Source: Candidatus Bathyarchaeia archaeon
GTDB taxonomy: Archaea; Thermoproteota; Bathyarchaeia; 40CM-2-53-6
Assembly: GCA_049513715.1 (NCBI GenBank)
Contig: JBEKVV010000005.1
Location: 32,001 to 96,000, forward strand
Direction: 5' to 3'
Length of the DNA: 64,000 bases
Position numbers and translations under genes: made by a program. The stretch's first letter is position 1. Each line of letters opens with the position of its first letter. Of this stretch, positions 48,278 to 57,818 are shown in pieces. The notes beneath the pieces are model-generated. The model was not told where the DNA came from, did no database searches, and was given only the letters and a program-made list of their open reading frames with translations.

Positions 48278-49636
48278 TCAGTACGATAGGATGTTTGATA
48301 GAGGTGATTCACCCAGAACCTGCGCTGCTGCTTCCGCCACTTGCTCCCTGTACTCTTGCTGGGTGTAAACACGGATGATGTTCATGAATACCTGTAATAC
48401 ATCGACAATTTTGGAGAGTTCGTTAATCTTCTGGGGGACCTTTTCACCTGAACGTGATTTCGAGAAGATTGGGATATCTATTGGACCAATGTCCATTGCG
48501 TAGTGGTATGGCACAGATGGGAGTGATGGCACGTCAATCGTTACTTCCGTAGCAGGAACCTTGGCTTTCGCAGCGATTTCTTCCTCTAACTTCACTCGCA
48601 CGTTCTCATTGGTGAATACGCTTGAGACCAGCTCATCCTTAGCGTAGAAGGTTCTTTCATAGGCACACTTCAGAAGCTTCCGTTCAGAAATAGCCTGTAC
48701 AATTTTGCTTGAGCGAGGGTTTGCTTGCAGTTTTGACCAGACCGTGTAATCATCGAATTCAAGGTATTCGTCAGCCGTTTTCACTTTCAGAATGTCAAGA
48801 TCTTCTTTCGCGGCGTCCAGCGCTTTTAGGAGCATCATTTGGACCGCCCTGCACGCACGGTGAAAGTATATCGCTCTGAAAGATTCGAGCCGAGCTAGGA
48901 TTAAGCTCTCGAGCGTGGGCAGGGCGGTAATGTCAACCGCTAGGTTGCCGTTCAAAATGTCCATCGTGTAAATGAGGCGGAACACGTCCACGGACCCATA
49001 TCCCGCTCCAGTATGGTAAGAGTCCCTGACAACAAAGTCCATTTTGTCAACATCAAACGAGCTACTTATAATCTGACCCAAGAACGGCTTGTCGGTTCCT
49101 GATGGCTTGCCAACAGCAAAGCCACTTAGATTCCTGGGATCAAAGCCTTGTTCACGAATCACGTCGCTAAGAGCGGATTCTGCGATAATCCACGTCGACA
49201 TGTCCTCATGGTTCCGATTCATGTATTTGAGAAGCAGTGGCTCGAAGAGATGAGAAAATGGAGCATGGCCTACATCATGCAATAGAGCCGCCAAACGGAC
49301 CTCCTGCTTCTCCTCAGAGGAGAGCTGAATCGGCAGATTATCCGCAACGACCCCTGCTAGGTACATTGCGCCTAACACATGTTCGAAACGCGTATGATTT
49401 GCGGCCGGATACACATATTCTGCCCCGGCAAGTTGCCTTATTCGGCGCAGTCTCTGTAACGCGAGAGTGTCGATGATGTTCCTCTCAGCGTCTGTCAAGC
49501 GGATATATCCATAAATGGGGTCTTTGATGAAGCCCCAATAGGCACGTTGCTGACCGTTGTTACCCCTCCAACCCGAAGGCCCGCTCATCATTCCATCCAG
49601 CTGGGAGTACGCCGCTGCCCAGTATGTCACGCTCAT
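48278..49636 (-). CDS. HD-domain phosphohydrolase (SAMHD1/dNTPase-like)
   Basis: QRLRRIRQL, HTRFEH, LLHDVGHAPFSH, DVDKMDF, IYFH. Confidence 0.93.
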   Translation of the reverse strand: MSVTYWAAAYSQLDGMMSGPSGWRGNNGQQRAYWGFIKDPIYGYIRLTDAERNIIDTLALQRLRRIRQLAGAEYVYPAANHTRFEHVLGAMYLAGVVADNLPIQLSSEEKQEVRLAALLHDVGHAPFSHLFEPLLLKYMNRNHEDMSTWIIAESALSDVIREQGFDPRNLSGFAVGKPSGTDKPFLGQIISSSFDVDKMDFVVRDSYHTGAGYGSVDVFRLIYTMDILNGNLAVDITALPTLESLILARLESFRAIYFHRACRAVQMMLLKALDAAKEDLDILKVKTADEYLEFDDYTVWSKLQANPRSSKIVQAISERKLLKCAYERTFYAKDELVSSVFTNENVRVKLEEEIAAKAKVPATEVTIDVPSLPSVPYHYAMDIGPIDIPIFSKSRSGEKVPQKINELSKIVDVLQVFMNIIRVYTQQEYREQVAEAAAQVLGESPLSNILSY

Positions 49637-49765
49637 TAGTTAATCCATCTTCTTCATTGTGCTCGACTGCAGAACGATGCCACATCGGCGCATCTCTGAA
49701 TGCTGAAAATAATCCGAGTAGTCAATAAATAGAAGCCGCGCCACCTCGCCTTTGTAGGTTGGAAT

Positions 49766-50707
49766 ATGATATTCGGCATGCAGCACCCAAACTTCTCGTA
49801 CGACGGTCAAGGCCCGCAGCTAGTTGAATCCCTCAAGAAACTCGCAACCGAGGCTGAAAGTCTCAGATTCGACTCTTTCTGGGTTATGGACCACTTCCAC
49901 CAGATCCAATACGTTGGGCAACCCAATGAACCGATGTTGGAATCTTGGACCACTCTTGCCGCTCTGGCAGGAATGACCTCCAAAATCAAACTCGGCCCGC
50001 TTGTCACCGGGAATGTTTACAGGCACCCAGCGGTGCTCGCCAAAATTGGCGCAACTCTCGATGTACTGAGTAAAGGACGAGTGAACATGGGAATCGGCGC
50101 CGCATGGAATGAAGAGGAATCGAGGGCATATGGAATCCCGTTCCCTTCTACAAAGGAACGCTTCCGGCGCCTTGAGGAAGCAGTGCAGATTATCCGCAAG
50201 ATGTGGACCGAAGAGAGTGCTAACTTTGACGGCCAGTTCTACAAGATTAAGGGAGCGTACTGTAACCCAAAACCAATCCAAAAACCCTATCCTCCAATCA
50301 TGATTGGTGGAGGCGGAGAGCGCGAAACGCTCAAGCTTGTTGCGAAATATGCCGACGCCTGCAACGTCTTCGGTTCCCCGGACACGTTCCGCAAGAAAAT
50401 GAACGTCCTCCGCGAACACTGCATATCAGCTGGGAGAGACTACGACTCCATTCTCAAAACGAAACTTGGCATCGTGATGATAGATAGCGACCAAGCCGCT
50501 CTAGAGAAGCGAATTGCCGCAAGATACAAGAACGTCCCGGAACAAATGCGGCGAGAAATGGCGATCTACGGGCGGCCTGAACATGTTCGACAACAGTTAG
50601 AATCCTTCCGAGATGCTGGTGTTCAAACCTTCATAATGAGCTTCGAGCCCGACAGACAGCTCGAGGAACTGAAGCTCTTCGGGAGAGAAGTTGCAAAACA
50701 CTTCTGA
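49766..50707 (+). CDS. LLM class F420-dependent oxidoreductase
   Basis: WVMDHF, ESWTTL, YRHPAVLAK, GIGAAW, IMIGGGGE. Confidence 0.9.
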   Translation: MIFGMQHPNFSYDGQGPQLVESLKKLATEAESLRFDSFWVMDHFHQIQYVGQPNEPMLESWTTLAALAGMTSKIKLGPLVTGNVYRHPAVLAKIGATLDVLSKGRVNMGIGAAWNEEESRAYGIPFPSTKERFRRLEEAVQIIRKMWTEESANFDGQFYKIKGAYCNPKPIQKPYPPIMIGGGGERETLKLVAKYADACNVFGSPDTFRKKMNVLREHCISAGRDYDSILKTKLGIVMIDSDQAALEKRIAARYKNVPEQMRREMAIYGRPEHVRQQLESFRDAGVQTFIMSFEPDRQLEELKLFGREVAKHF

Positions 50708-50756
50708 TCTTCCCTAGGGAGGGCGCAGGCGCCGTCTCGAGAACCTAAGACGTAAA

Positions 50757-51680
50757 TTGAACCACTCCAACGACCTTTGGAGACAAATTTTCTTGCACAG
50801 CATGTCTTTACTCGGTGTGCCCCTCTACACTCTCGCAAGATACCACGGAATGGGCGCTGCCGTCAAAGTGCTGCGGAGCCTTGGCATCGCAGAAACCCTG
50901 AAGCAAGGTTCAGTTTCCTTCACGGACCTGAGTGACGTCCCGCTCCTCGAATTCAGTACTGACTCGGGACCTTCCAATATGAGGAACTTCTCATATTTCC
51001 TAGATAGCTCGGCAGCAATCATGGATAGGGCGAGCAAAGTGCCTAGAGGAGATTTCGTTTTCTGCTTAGGAGGGGAGTGTGGCTTGGCTTTGGGGACGTT
51101 AGCTGCGTTGAGATCGCGTTTCAGGGGTATGCCTGGGCTTTTGTGGTTGGATGCGCATGGCGACTTCAATACACCCGAAACTACGCGGTCCGGGTTCGTT
51201 GGAGGCATGCCGTTGGCTTTCGTGTGTGGGCGGGGGCCGAAGTTTCCACCGAGCATTGAGAACTTACGGCCTCTCGTTAAGGAAGAGAATGTAGTTCACT
51301 TTGGGAGCAGAGACCTAGACCCGCTCGAGGCTAAAGCCGTAGAATCCTCTTCAATCAAGCTGCATTCCGCTGTCTCACTGCACAAAGAAGGATTGGAAAG
51401 AACATTAGAGCGAGAGGCCGCGTACCTTGAAGACAGCGCTGATTGGATCATTTGTCACTTAGATGTTGATGTTATCGACCCGTCAATCATTCCAGCGGTC
51501 AGTTTTCCTACGAATGGCGGCCTGAGCCTGAATGAGGTAAACACCATTGTCAAGACTCTACTCAAAACGGGTAAGTTGAAAGTCTTCAACCTTGCAGCGT
51601 ACGAGCCTACTCGAGACATTTCCTACTCCGCGGGCAGAACGATCGTTGGCTTAGTTTCAGAGATCTTCAAAGCGAAATGA
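50757..51680 (+). CDS. arginase/ureohydrolase family protein
   Basis: GGEC (in place of GGDH), DAHGDFNTP, HLDVDVIDP. Confidence 0.88.
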   Translation: MNHSNDLWRQIFLHSMSLLGVPLYTLARYHGMGAAVKVLRSLGIAETLKQGSVSFTDLSDVPLLEFSTDSGPSNMRNFSYFLDSSAAIMDRASKVPRGDFVFCLGGECGLALGTLAALRSRFRGMPGLLWLDAHGDFNTPETTRSGFVGGMPLAFVCGRGPKFPPSIENLRPLVKEENVVHFGSRDLDPLEAKAVESSSIKLHSAVSLHKEGLERTLEREAAYLEDSADWIICHLDVDVIDPSIIPAVSFPTNGGLSLNEVNTIVKTLLKTGKLKVFNLAAYEPTRDISYSAGRTIVGLVSEIFKAK

Positions 51681-51736
51681 GCCAATGCAGGCTGAGAAAT
51701 ATCATGCCGGCCAAGTCGTACGCTACGATTCGCAGC

Positions 51737-52354
51737 TCAACTCTCCAAACCTTCTTCACGCATGGCTAGAAGCAGCGCTAGAGAAGCGGACACTGCAAGA
51801 AAGTAGAGTGAAATGTCCGTTAGGAGAGGTGAGATTGAGGCCACGATACCTCCAACATATACAGCCACGATTGTTGCGGCATAGCAACTCGCAAAGACGA
51901 CGCCTTTCCGACCCACTTGTCTGAGGGTTCGATTCATAGATTTCTCTAGGGCAACAACCGAAATTTCGTTCGAATACTTCAAAGTCCGTTTTGACGAGAG
52001 TGCCCCCTGCTCACAGACTAGTGTGAGATTCTCGACAGAATACAGGAGGATCACGAACGCGAACAAAAGCAAGAACAAGTACTGAGTTATGCTCTTCGAG
52101 AGTGCGTGAAGCAACAGAACCGACAGGAACATGAAGACGGTTGTCAGCGAGCTCAATCTCGCCCATCGCAAATCATTCGTGAGAACCGCACCCATCCCAA
52201 GAGCCAGTCCGGCAACCGCACCGACGGCCACGAAGGATATGGCCCACGAAGGAGACAATAGAACGACTGCTCCAGAAGCTGATATGAGCAACACTGAGGA
52301 AAAAACGCGGAAGGAGTTCCACCTGATCAGGTATGAGTTCAATTCGTTCTCCAA
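51737..52354 (-). CDS. multi-pass membrane protein
   Basis: Several hydrophobic segments; overlaps the 3' end of the DUF58 gene. Confidence 0.7.
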   Translation of the reverse strand: MENELNSYLIRWNSFRVFSSVLLISASGAVVLLSPSWAISFVAVGAVAGLALGMGAVLTNDLRWARLSSLTTVFMFLSVLLLHALSKSITQYLFLLLFAFVILLYSVENLTLVCEQGALSSKRTLKYSNEISVVALEKSMNRTLRQVGRKGVVFASCYAATIVAVYVGGIVASISPLLTDISLYFLAVSASLALLLAMREEGLES

Positions 52355-53610
52355 GTTTCCTTCCTCCGGAGGGCGGATTTGATCGAGATCTCGGGTGAGA
52401 GCTCAATCACTTTTGCGTATCTTGCGATATCGAGCAGTCTCAACCTACGCTCGATGGAGAGAACTCTCCGTGCGATCATCTCGACTTCAGGCATACCCCC
52501 GTAATCCCCACCCAATGCCGGCGCAAGGCACAGCAGGCTGTAACCCCTGGCCGCAACGTTCGCGATGATGTCAATGACTTCCTCTCCTATGAGAGGCGAA
52601 ATGAAGACGATGATGGACCTCGAGGGGGCTACCGCAACGATGACCGACTGAACAGCGTACTCCATTGGAACAGTGGGACGCCCTGCTTTCGCGATCGCAA
52701 GGTTGTCGAGCAAACGGAGGAGCTGGCGTTTCCCAAACGCAGGGTCGACCCAAGTCCTTACGGCACCATAGACGGACAGCCCTACCCGGTTCCCTTGAAG
52801 AATCAGCTGCGAGCAAAGCGATGCCGCGAGGCTTACCTCAAATTCAACAGCATCATACTCGAAAAGCTTTGACAAAGCTCCCTCTGAACAGTCCAAGACA
52901 ACCAGGACATCAGTGACCTGCTCGCCTTCAAATTCGCTCGTCACAAGTCGCGCCAATTTCGCGGAAGCTTTCCAGTTGATCCGCCGGAGTTCATCTCCTG
53001 GTGAGTAGAGCCTCAGTCCGAAGAACTCACTCCCTAACCCTATGTTTCTTGATGGAACCATTCCTGGCCATGGGCCAACTCTCTTAGCTCTTAATTCAAT
53101 TGAACCTAGCTTCTCGAGGTTAGGGTAGATTCTCAGTTCACTTAATTCTGACAATTGGCCCCTGTACTCATGAAACCCCATAGCGTCGGACAATCGGAAT
53201 GATAGCGGACCTAGAACATAGCTTCCCCTCAATGGAGCGCATATCCGGTAGCAGTATTCTACCGTCTCTCCTGGTTTCAGAGATACTGCAATTTGCTTTG
53301 TTCCCGCTTCCAAAACGAGTGGCGGCGGGACCGAGTCTTCTAAGTAGACCGTATCGTATTTCTTGTTCGATTTGTTCTTCACCTGTACTGTGACGTCAAT
53401 GCTCTCCCCTCCAAAGGAGCGCGATGGATGCAGCTTTCTTGCAACACTCAATGGATCACGTTGGATTGTGCCTAAACCCGATGATACAAGAATGACGAAT
53501 GCTAACGGGATCACGAAGATCGTGATTATGGGTTCTCTAAGTACTAGGGCCAGGCCTATGAACCCGTATGCCAAAAGCAGGTGTGCTAAGCCCTTCCCAG
53601 TGAGTGGCAT
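52339..53610 (-). CDS. DUF58 family vWA-like protein (usual MoxR partner)
   Basis: EFFGLRLYSPGDELRRINWKASAK, VVLDCS. Confidence 0.92.
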   Translation of the reverse strand: MPLTGKGLAHLLLAYGFIGLALVLREPIITIFVIPLAFVILVSSGLGTIQRDPLSVARKLHPSRSFGGESIDVTVQVKNKSNKKYDTVYLEDSVPPPLVLEAGTKQIAVSLKPGETVEYCYRICAPLRGSYVLGPLSFRLSDAMGFHEYRGQLSELSELRIYPNLEKLGSIELRAKRVGPWPGMVPSRNIGLGSEFFGLRLYSPGDELRRINWKASAKLARLVTSEFEGEQVTDVLVVLDCSEGALSKLFEYDAVEFEVSLAASLCSQLILQGNRVGLSVYGAVRTWVDPAFGKRQLLRLLDNLAIAKAGRPTVPMEYAVQSVIVAVAPSRSIIVFISPLIGEEVIDIIANVAARGYSLLCLAPALGGDYGGMPEVEMIARRVLSIERRLRLLDIARYAKVIELSPEISIKSALRRKETWRTN

Positions 53611-53672
53611 TTTACCTTACCTTTATAGGTATTGTAGTTATATCAGGTCTTAGGGCTTCCGGGGCTAATTGA

Positions 53673-54902
53673 ATGATCGATGAGATGTATGAGCTTTGGC
53701 TCAAGACTCTGAGACCGTCAACTAGAAAGTCGTATGGGGCTATACTTAGGCGATTATTCAAGCTAACCAACCTAACCCCACAGCAGGCTCTCAGTAGAGT
53801 GAAGGCTGAGGGCAGGAAGAACAGCGCTACTACGTATGTTCTGCTGCAAAACCAAGCCAGAGCCAACCTAACCGAACGAACCGCATACATCGGCATATTC
53901 GCCCTACGCCGATTCCTTTTCGACAACGGAGTAATGCTTCTACCGCCTACTAGATTGTCTACGCCTAGAAGAGTCAAGCCCAGTACGAATATGACCTGGG
54001 AGCAAGCCAACAGAATCTGTGACGCAGCCAGCAAACCCTACAACCTGATCCTAAAGCTAATGTTGCATTGCGGCTGGGGAATCGGAGAATTCCTCAAATT
54101 CAACTCGGAGGATACATGGAACACAATAAGGTCCTATGTTGCAAGGAATCCTCAAGCCGAATACTTCCGATTCAACTACTCAGGCCGCAAAACAAGCCAA
54201 CAAGAATTCTACGCACTCGTGCCAATGTTCATGATTCAGGAAATCATGAGCACCATACCAGTGCCTATCAGAGCCACGCATGGATTCTCAGGCAACAAGA
54301 AAGGAAAGCTGACTAAAGCTGAGGGCATAATCATCGACACCTCACACTACGCCTCATCAACCAAGTACATCGAGCAAGCCTTCAAAACAGCTCTAAAACG
54401 TGCACCCATAGTCGTTCAGGGTACACCGTCAGTACACGAACTTAGGGACACGTTCAGAACTAGAGCAACATTCGTAGAATGCGCTGCGGAAGCAGTGGAA
54501 TTCGCGATGGGTCACACAATAGACCCCCTTGGATACAACAAGGCATACTATGACGAAAAATGGGCATGGACAAACCTCAACAAAATCTACGGACCATCAT
54601 CAGTCAACGAACAACAACTCAAATCAGTACAATTAGAAGCCGAACGAGTCAAACAAGAAAATGAACTACTCAAAACCACAATAATCGAAGCTTTGAGCGC
54701 TCAAAGAGAACAAACAGAAAAACGATACAATGAACTACTCAAGGTCAAAGTAAAACAACTCGGCGTAAGCGTTGAGGGCGATTTGCCCAACCGTCTAATG
54801 ACCCCCGCCATGAAAGAACTACAAACCGAATACGACCGCCTAACCAAACAGCTCACTAACTTGGGTGCAATCAAGAAAGTTGACCGGGTTGCAACAACAT
54901 AA
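53673..54902 (+). CDS. tyrosine recombinase/integrase with C-terminal coiled coil
   Basis: HELRDTFRT, MGH...Y motifs; N-terminal STRKSY SAM-like domain; first catalytic Arg motif atypical (CGWGIGE). Confidence 0.8.
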   Translation: MIDEMYELWLKTLRPSTRKSYGAILRRLFKLTNLTPQQALSRVKAEGRKNSATTYVLLQNQARANLTERTAYIGIFALRRFLFDNGVMLLPPTRLSTPRRVKPSTNMTWEQANRICDAASKPYNLILKLMLHCGWGIGEFLKFNSEDTWNTIRSYVARNPQAEYFRFNYSGRKTSQQEFYALVPMFMIQEIMSTIPVPIRATHGFSGNKKGKLTKAEGIIIDTSHYASSTKYIEQAFKTALKRAPIVVQGTPSVHELRDTFRTRATFVECAAEAVEFAMGHTIDPLGYNKAYYDEKWAWTNLNKIYGPSSVNEQQLKSVQLEAERVKQENELLKTTIIEALSAQREQTEKRYNELLKVKVKQLGVSVEGDLPNRLMTPAMKELQTEYDRLTKQLTNLGAIKKVDRVATT

Positions 54903-55451
54903 CCAATGGAGGATTAGTATTGACCGAGTTCACTTCGAGGGCTTTTGAGCTCCATAACTACCACCCCTCTCTGAGACAACCAGCAAAGCAGAAAACTGAT
55001 TATTCCCAATCAACCTTACCCATCTATCTGAGATGAAAGAAGATTTGTCAGCCATTCACCCAAATGAGCCGAGAGCATTCCTTGAACAAGAAATGGCCAA
55101 ATTACAGGCAGAACTACTCAATCAGAAAACCGAAAGACACACGACAGGTAACATAAGCAGTCGAACTGGCTTCGATCATGCAGACATTTTCTCTGGTAAC
55201 TTAACGTCTTCGACTGCTGTGGATTGTTGTAACAAATCCTCTTTTCCACAACTACATACGCCCACACATGGCACTGAAAGGTAAAACACTTGCCGAAACT
55301 GGTCGAATGATTTTCAGATCGGCTCCACAAGTTGGGCAATACGAAAGGCCGGAGTCAACTTGAGCCCCACAGTTGTAGCAGAATCCCAACTGGTTACCTT
55401 CTCTTGACCTCGTCCTTTCTTAGAACCTTGCAATAGAAATGCATAGTGAGC

Positions 55452-55919
55452 CTATGCAGAAGGTGCATACGTTTTGCAGTTCTCACAATACCATCTCTGA
55501 TACTGTGAGACCCATGACATCGGCCTGCCACAGTTTGTGCAATAGTAAGGGGATGCAGGTGTTGGAGGTGGAGGCAGCTTCTTCTCTTTTCTCACAAGAG
55601 CGATTATTCCGGCAACCAGAAGCAGTAGAGCCCCAACCCAAAGCCCCAATGCAACGAAGAGGCCCAGCAAACCACTGCCAACCATCATTATGCCTGCAGC
55701 CTTCGGGTGGCTTTTGACGAAAGCAACTCCCACTAGTCCGATAATCGACAGCACGGCTCCTGCGACTGCCCCTTCTGCCACAGCCATACCGGCTCGAAGA
55801 CCGAATGCTCCAATCAAACCTCCAAGGAAAAAGAGACCTGGAGCAACGACAATTCCTAGAATCCCACCGATGAGGCCTATGATAAATTCGGCAGTTCTTT
55901 CAGCCAATCCCAAGGTCAC
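55452..55919 (-). CDS. membrane protein with C-terminal zinc ribbon
   Basis: Four Gly-rich TM helices, Pro linker, CTNC...WYCENC. Confidence 0.75.
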   Translation of the reverse strand: MTLGLAERTAEFIIGLIGGILGIVVAPGLFFLGGLIGAFGLRAGMAVAEGAVAGAVLSIIGLVGVAFVKSHPKAAGIMMVGSGLLGLFVALGLWVGALLLLVAGIIALVRKEKKLPPPPTPASPYYCTNCGRPMSWVSQYQRWYCENCKTYAPSA

Positions 55920-55972
55920 CTGCTAGGGTCTTGCAATACGAACATGAATTCATCTCTGTCCTGCAATCTCGA

Positions 55973-56935
55973 TTAGGCGCAAGAGTAAGCTCTGGGAAGT
56001 ATGTCAAATGTGAAAGAATTACCAGCCACTGTCATAATTTCGACTCCATAACCAGTACCTTGCTTGAGGTTGACTGGAACCAAGACTTCTGTCCAGTGTC
56101 CTGCTACGAGAATCGTTTTCTCATTTGAGACAACTGTGCCGTTCAAGAGAATTTTATCGATAGTCACGTTATACGCTCCCTCATTCTTGATTTCCAAGCG
56201 TGCTTTCTCATCGACCATTTGACAGGACTCAAGGCTGAGTTTCTCGTACACCTGAACACTTTGGTCGATTCCTTTCACGTCGAGGAGAAAAGTTACGTCA
56301 CAGTTTGCTGTGGAGCCCATACAAGTCGAATAGTATCTCACTTCAGTTGGGCTGGTGGTGGTCAGAATCATGAAAGTCAGTTCGCTGTCTATTTCTTCCT
56401 CAGGTTTGATGGAGTTCACGAGCGAGAAGGGGGTGTCTTTCGCTTCGTAAACGTAGCCTTTGTCCACAGTGACTTCCCATTTCGAGAAGATAGAGAATAG
56501 ACTGGTCTCTCTATTTCCCATATTCCTGGCATGAATCGACAGCAAAAGGAATTTGTATCCCTGGTCTGCCCAAGTGTAATCGTATCCCAAAGTGAGTCTT
56601 GCTGAAGTGAAGGTAAACTGTACAGGCACTTCATCGCTCCCCATTTTCATATTGAATGGTTCACCTATTCGGATTAAACTGCCACTTTGAAGTTCTGTCG
56701 TTGTTTCAGCGGTCGTAGACGTACCAATATTCCGTGGCGTGCTAGATGCAGCCATTATGACCCCGATGAACAACACTACTATGACGATAACCAGAATGTT
56801 CCTCTTAGTATGGGAAGCCTTTCGAGCTGCACTCATGACAGGTGGTGGTACAGCTGCAGCGAGTGCTGTCCCACAGTACGTGCAGAACTTGGTTTCTGGG
56901 GGAAGTTCTTTCCCGCATTTCCAGCAGTGAGGCAA
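55973..56935 (-). CDS. zinc-ribbon / single-TM / extracellular Ig-like (DUF4352-like) protein
   Basis: CWKC...CTYC, TM helix, GYKFLLLSIHARNMG. Confidence 0.75.
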   Translation of the reverse strand: MPHCWKCGKELPPETKFCTYCGTALAAAVPPPVMSAARKASHTKRNILVIVIVVLFIGVIMAASSTPRNIGTSTTAETTTELQSGSLIRIGEPFNMKMGSDEVPVQFTFTSARLTLGYDYTWADQGYKFLLLSIHARNMGNRETSLFSIFSKWEVTVDKGYVYEAKDTPFSLVNSIKPEEEIDSELTFMILTTTSPTEVRYYSTCMGSTANCDVTFLLDVKGIDQSVQVYEKLSLESCQMVDEKARLEIKNEGAYNVTIDKILLNGTVVSNEKTILVAGHWTEVLVPVNLKQGTGYGVEIMTVAGNSFTFDILPRAYSCA

Positions 56936-57032
56936 GTCCCACTACACCATCTGAACCTACCTTGTCACGGTCTTAAGATTTTGCTTTTGCCTGATGGCAA
57001 AGAGATAAGTCTGCAGAAGCCTCAATGAACCT

Positions 57033-57161
57033 ATGCCATATTGTCCAAACTGTGGCAAACTCTCGCCGAATTCAAAACGTATCCACTCAAATGCTCTTGA
57101 GAAACGGGTTTTCAGGAAAGTACTCAGCAAAGGCATTGGTCTTCTCATCAAATTGTGCTAG
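57033..57161 (+). pseudogene. truncated zinc-ribbon gene start (MPYCPNCGK...)
   Basis: Typical zinc-ribbon N-terminus lacking the second CxxC; runs into the antisense of the 57087-57617 gene. Confidence 0.4.
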
Positions 57162-57617
57162 GCTGAAGGTTCTGTATTCTCCTATATGGAGCAACGAGAA
57201 GATCACTTTTGACAGTCTCTTCAATTCCTCGGGAATCTCTTCCGTTGTAACAAGAAGAGCATACTTGGCATCGAAGAGCTCAGCGTACTTCTTGGTTTGA
57301 TAGATATCATCGAGTTTCAATTTCTCCGCCTTGACTTCAACAACGACGAATCCCACTTCATATTGTTCCTTAATGAAGCCAGTAATGTCAGGTGCCGCAT
57401 CTTTCAGAAAGAGGAAGATTATATCTCTATTAGAATTGACCTGAGACTTCAGTTTGTTGCTGAATGTTTTGTCAGCAGTAATTTCTAGATGTAACTCTTC
57501 AAACTTGGTCTTCAGTGTTTCAAAGAGCAAGGCCTTAACGGGCTCGTAGAGCCTGCGTTCTTTCTTGGTATCGTCTGTTCCCTTGGGCATACCACAACAG
57601 GTTACACGAGGGGCCAT
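57087..57617 (-). CDS. PD-(D/E)XK nuclease-fold protein
   Basis: PDITG...VVEVK...IYQTKKY. Confidence 0.65.
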   Translation of the reverse strand: MAPRVTCCGMPKGTDDTKKERRLYEPVKALLFETLKTKFEELHLEITADKTFSNKLKSQVNSNRDIIFLFLKDAAPDITGFIKEQYEVGFVVVEVKAEKLKLDDIYQTKKYAELFDAKYALLVTTEEIPEELKRLSKVIFSLLHIGEYRTFSLAQFDEKTNAFAEYFPENPFLKSI

Positions 57618-57698
57618 CTAACTCTTATGAGTTGAGAGGACATAGTGTTCTGAGGAAACATCAACGCTACTGTTGCTAACGTAGCCTTCTTCCTCCGT

Positions 57699-57788
57699 GG
57701 TTATCTTAAGATTCTCTTGGAATTTGTGCAACGGGACGAAGGGTTACAAGCGGGAAATTGCTTGTGTGAGGGAGATTGGAGCGAACAC
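57699..57788 (-). repeat. dispersed 90-bp repeat family A, copy 1
   Basis: 70/90 identical (ungapped, hand count) to 58727-58816; terminal 22 bp TGAGGGAGATTGGAGCGAACAC identical. Confidence 0.9.
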
Positions 57789-57818
57789 CGATTCGGTCTC
57801 AGCACCTAATGTTCCTGT

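Noticed and set aside
520..53653. Numerous short overlapping ORFs in the six-frame track
   Set aside because: Antisense or alternative-frame shadows of well-supported genes
53612..54034. 140-aa minus-strand ORF
   Set aside because: Antisense shadow of the integrase; only its last codons may be a gene remnant
55033..55284. 83-aa ORF after the integrase
   Set aside because: No recognisable motif or SD; cannot be supported
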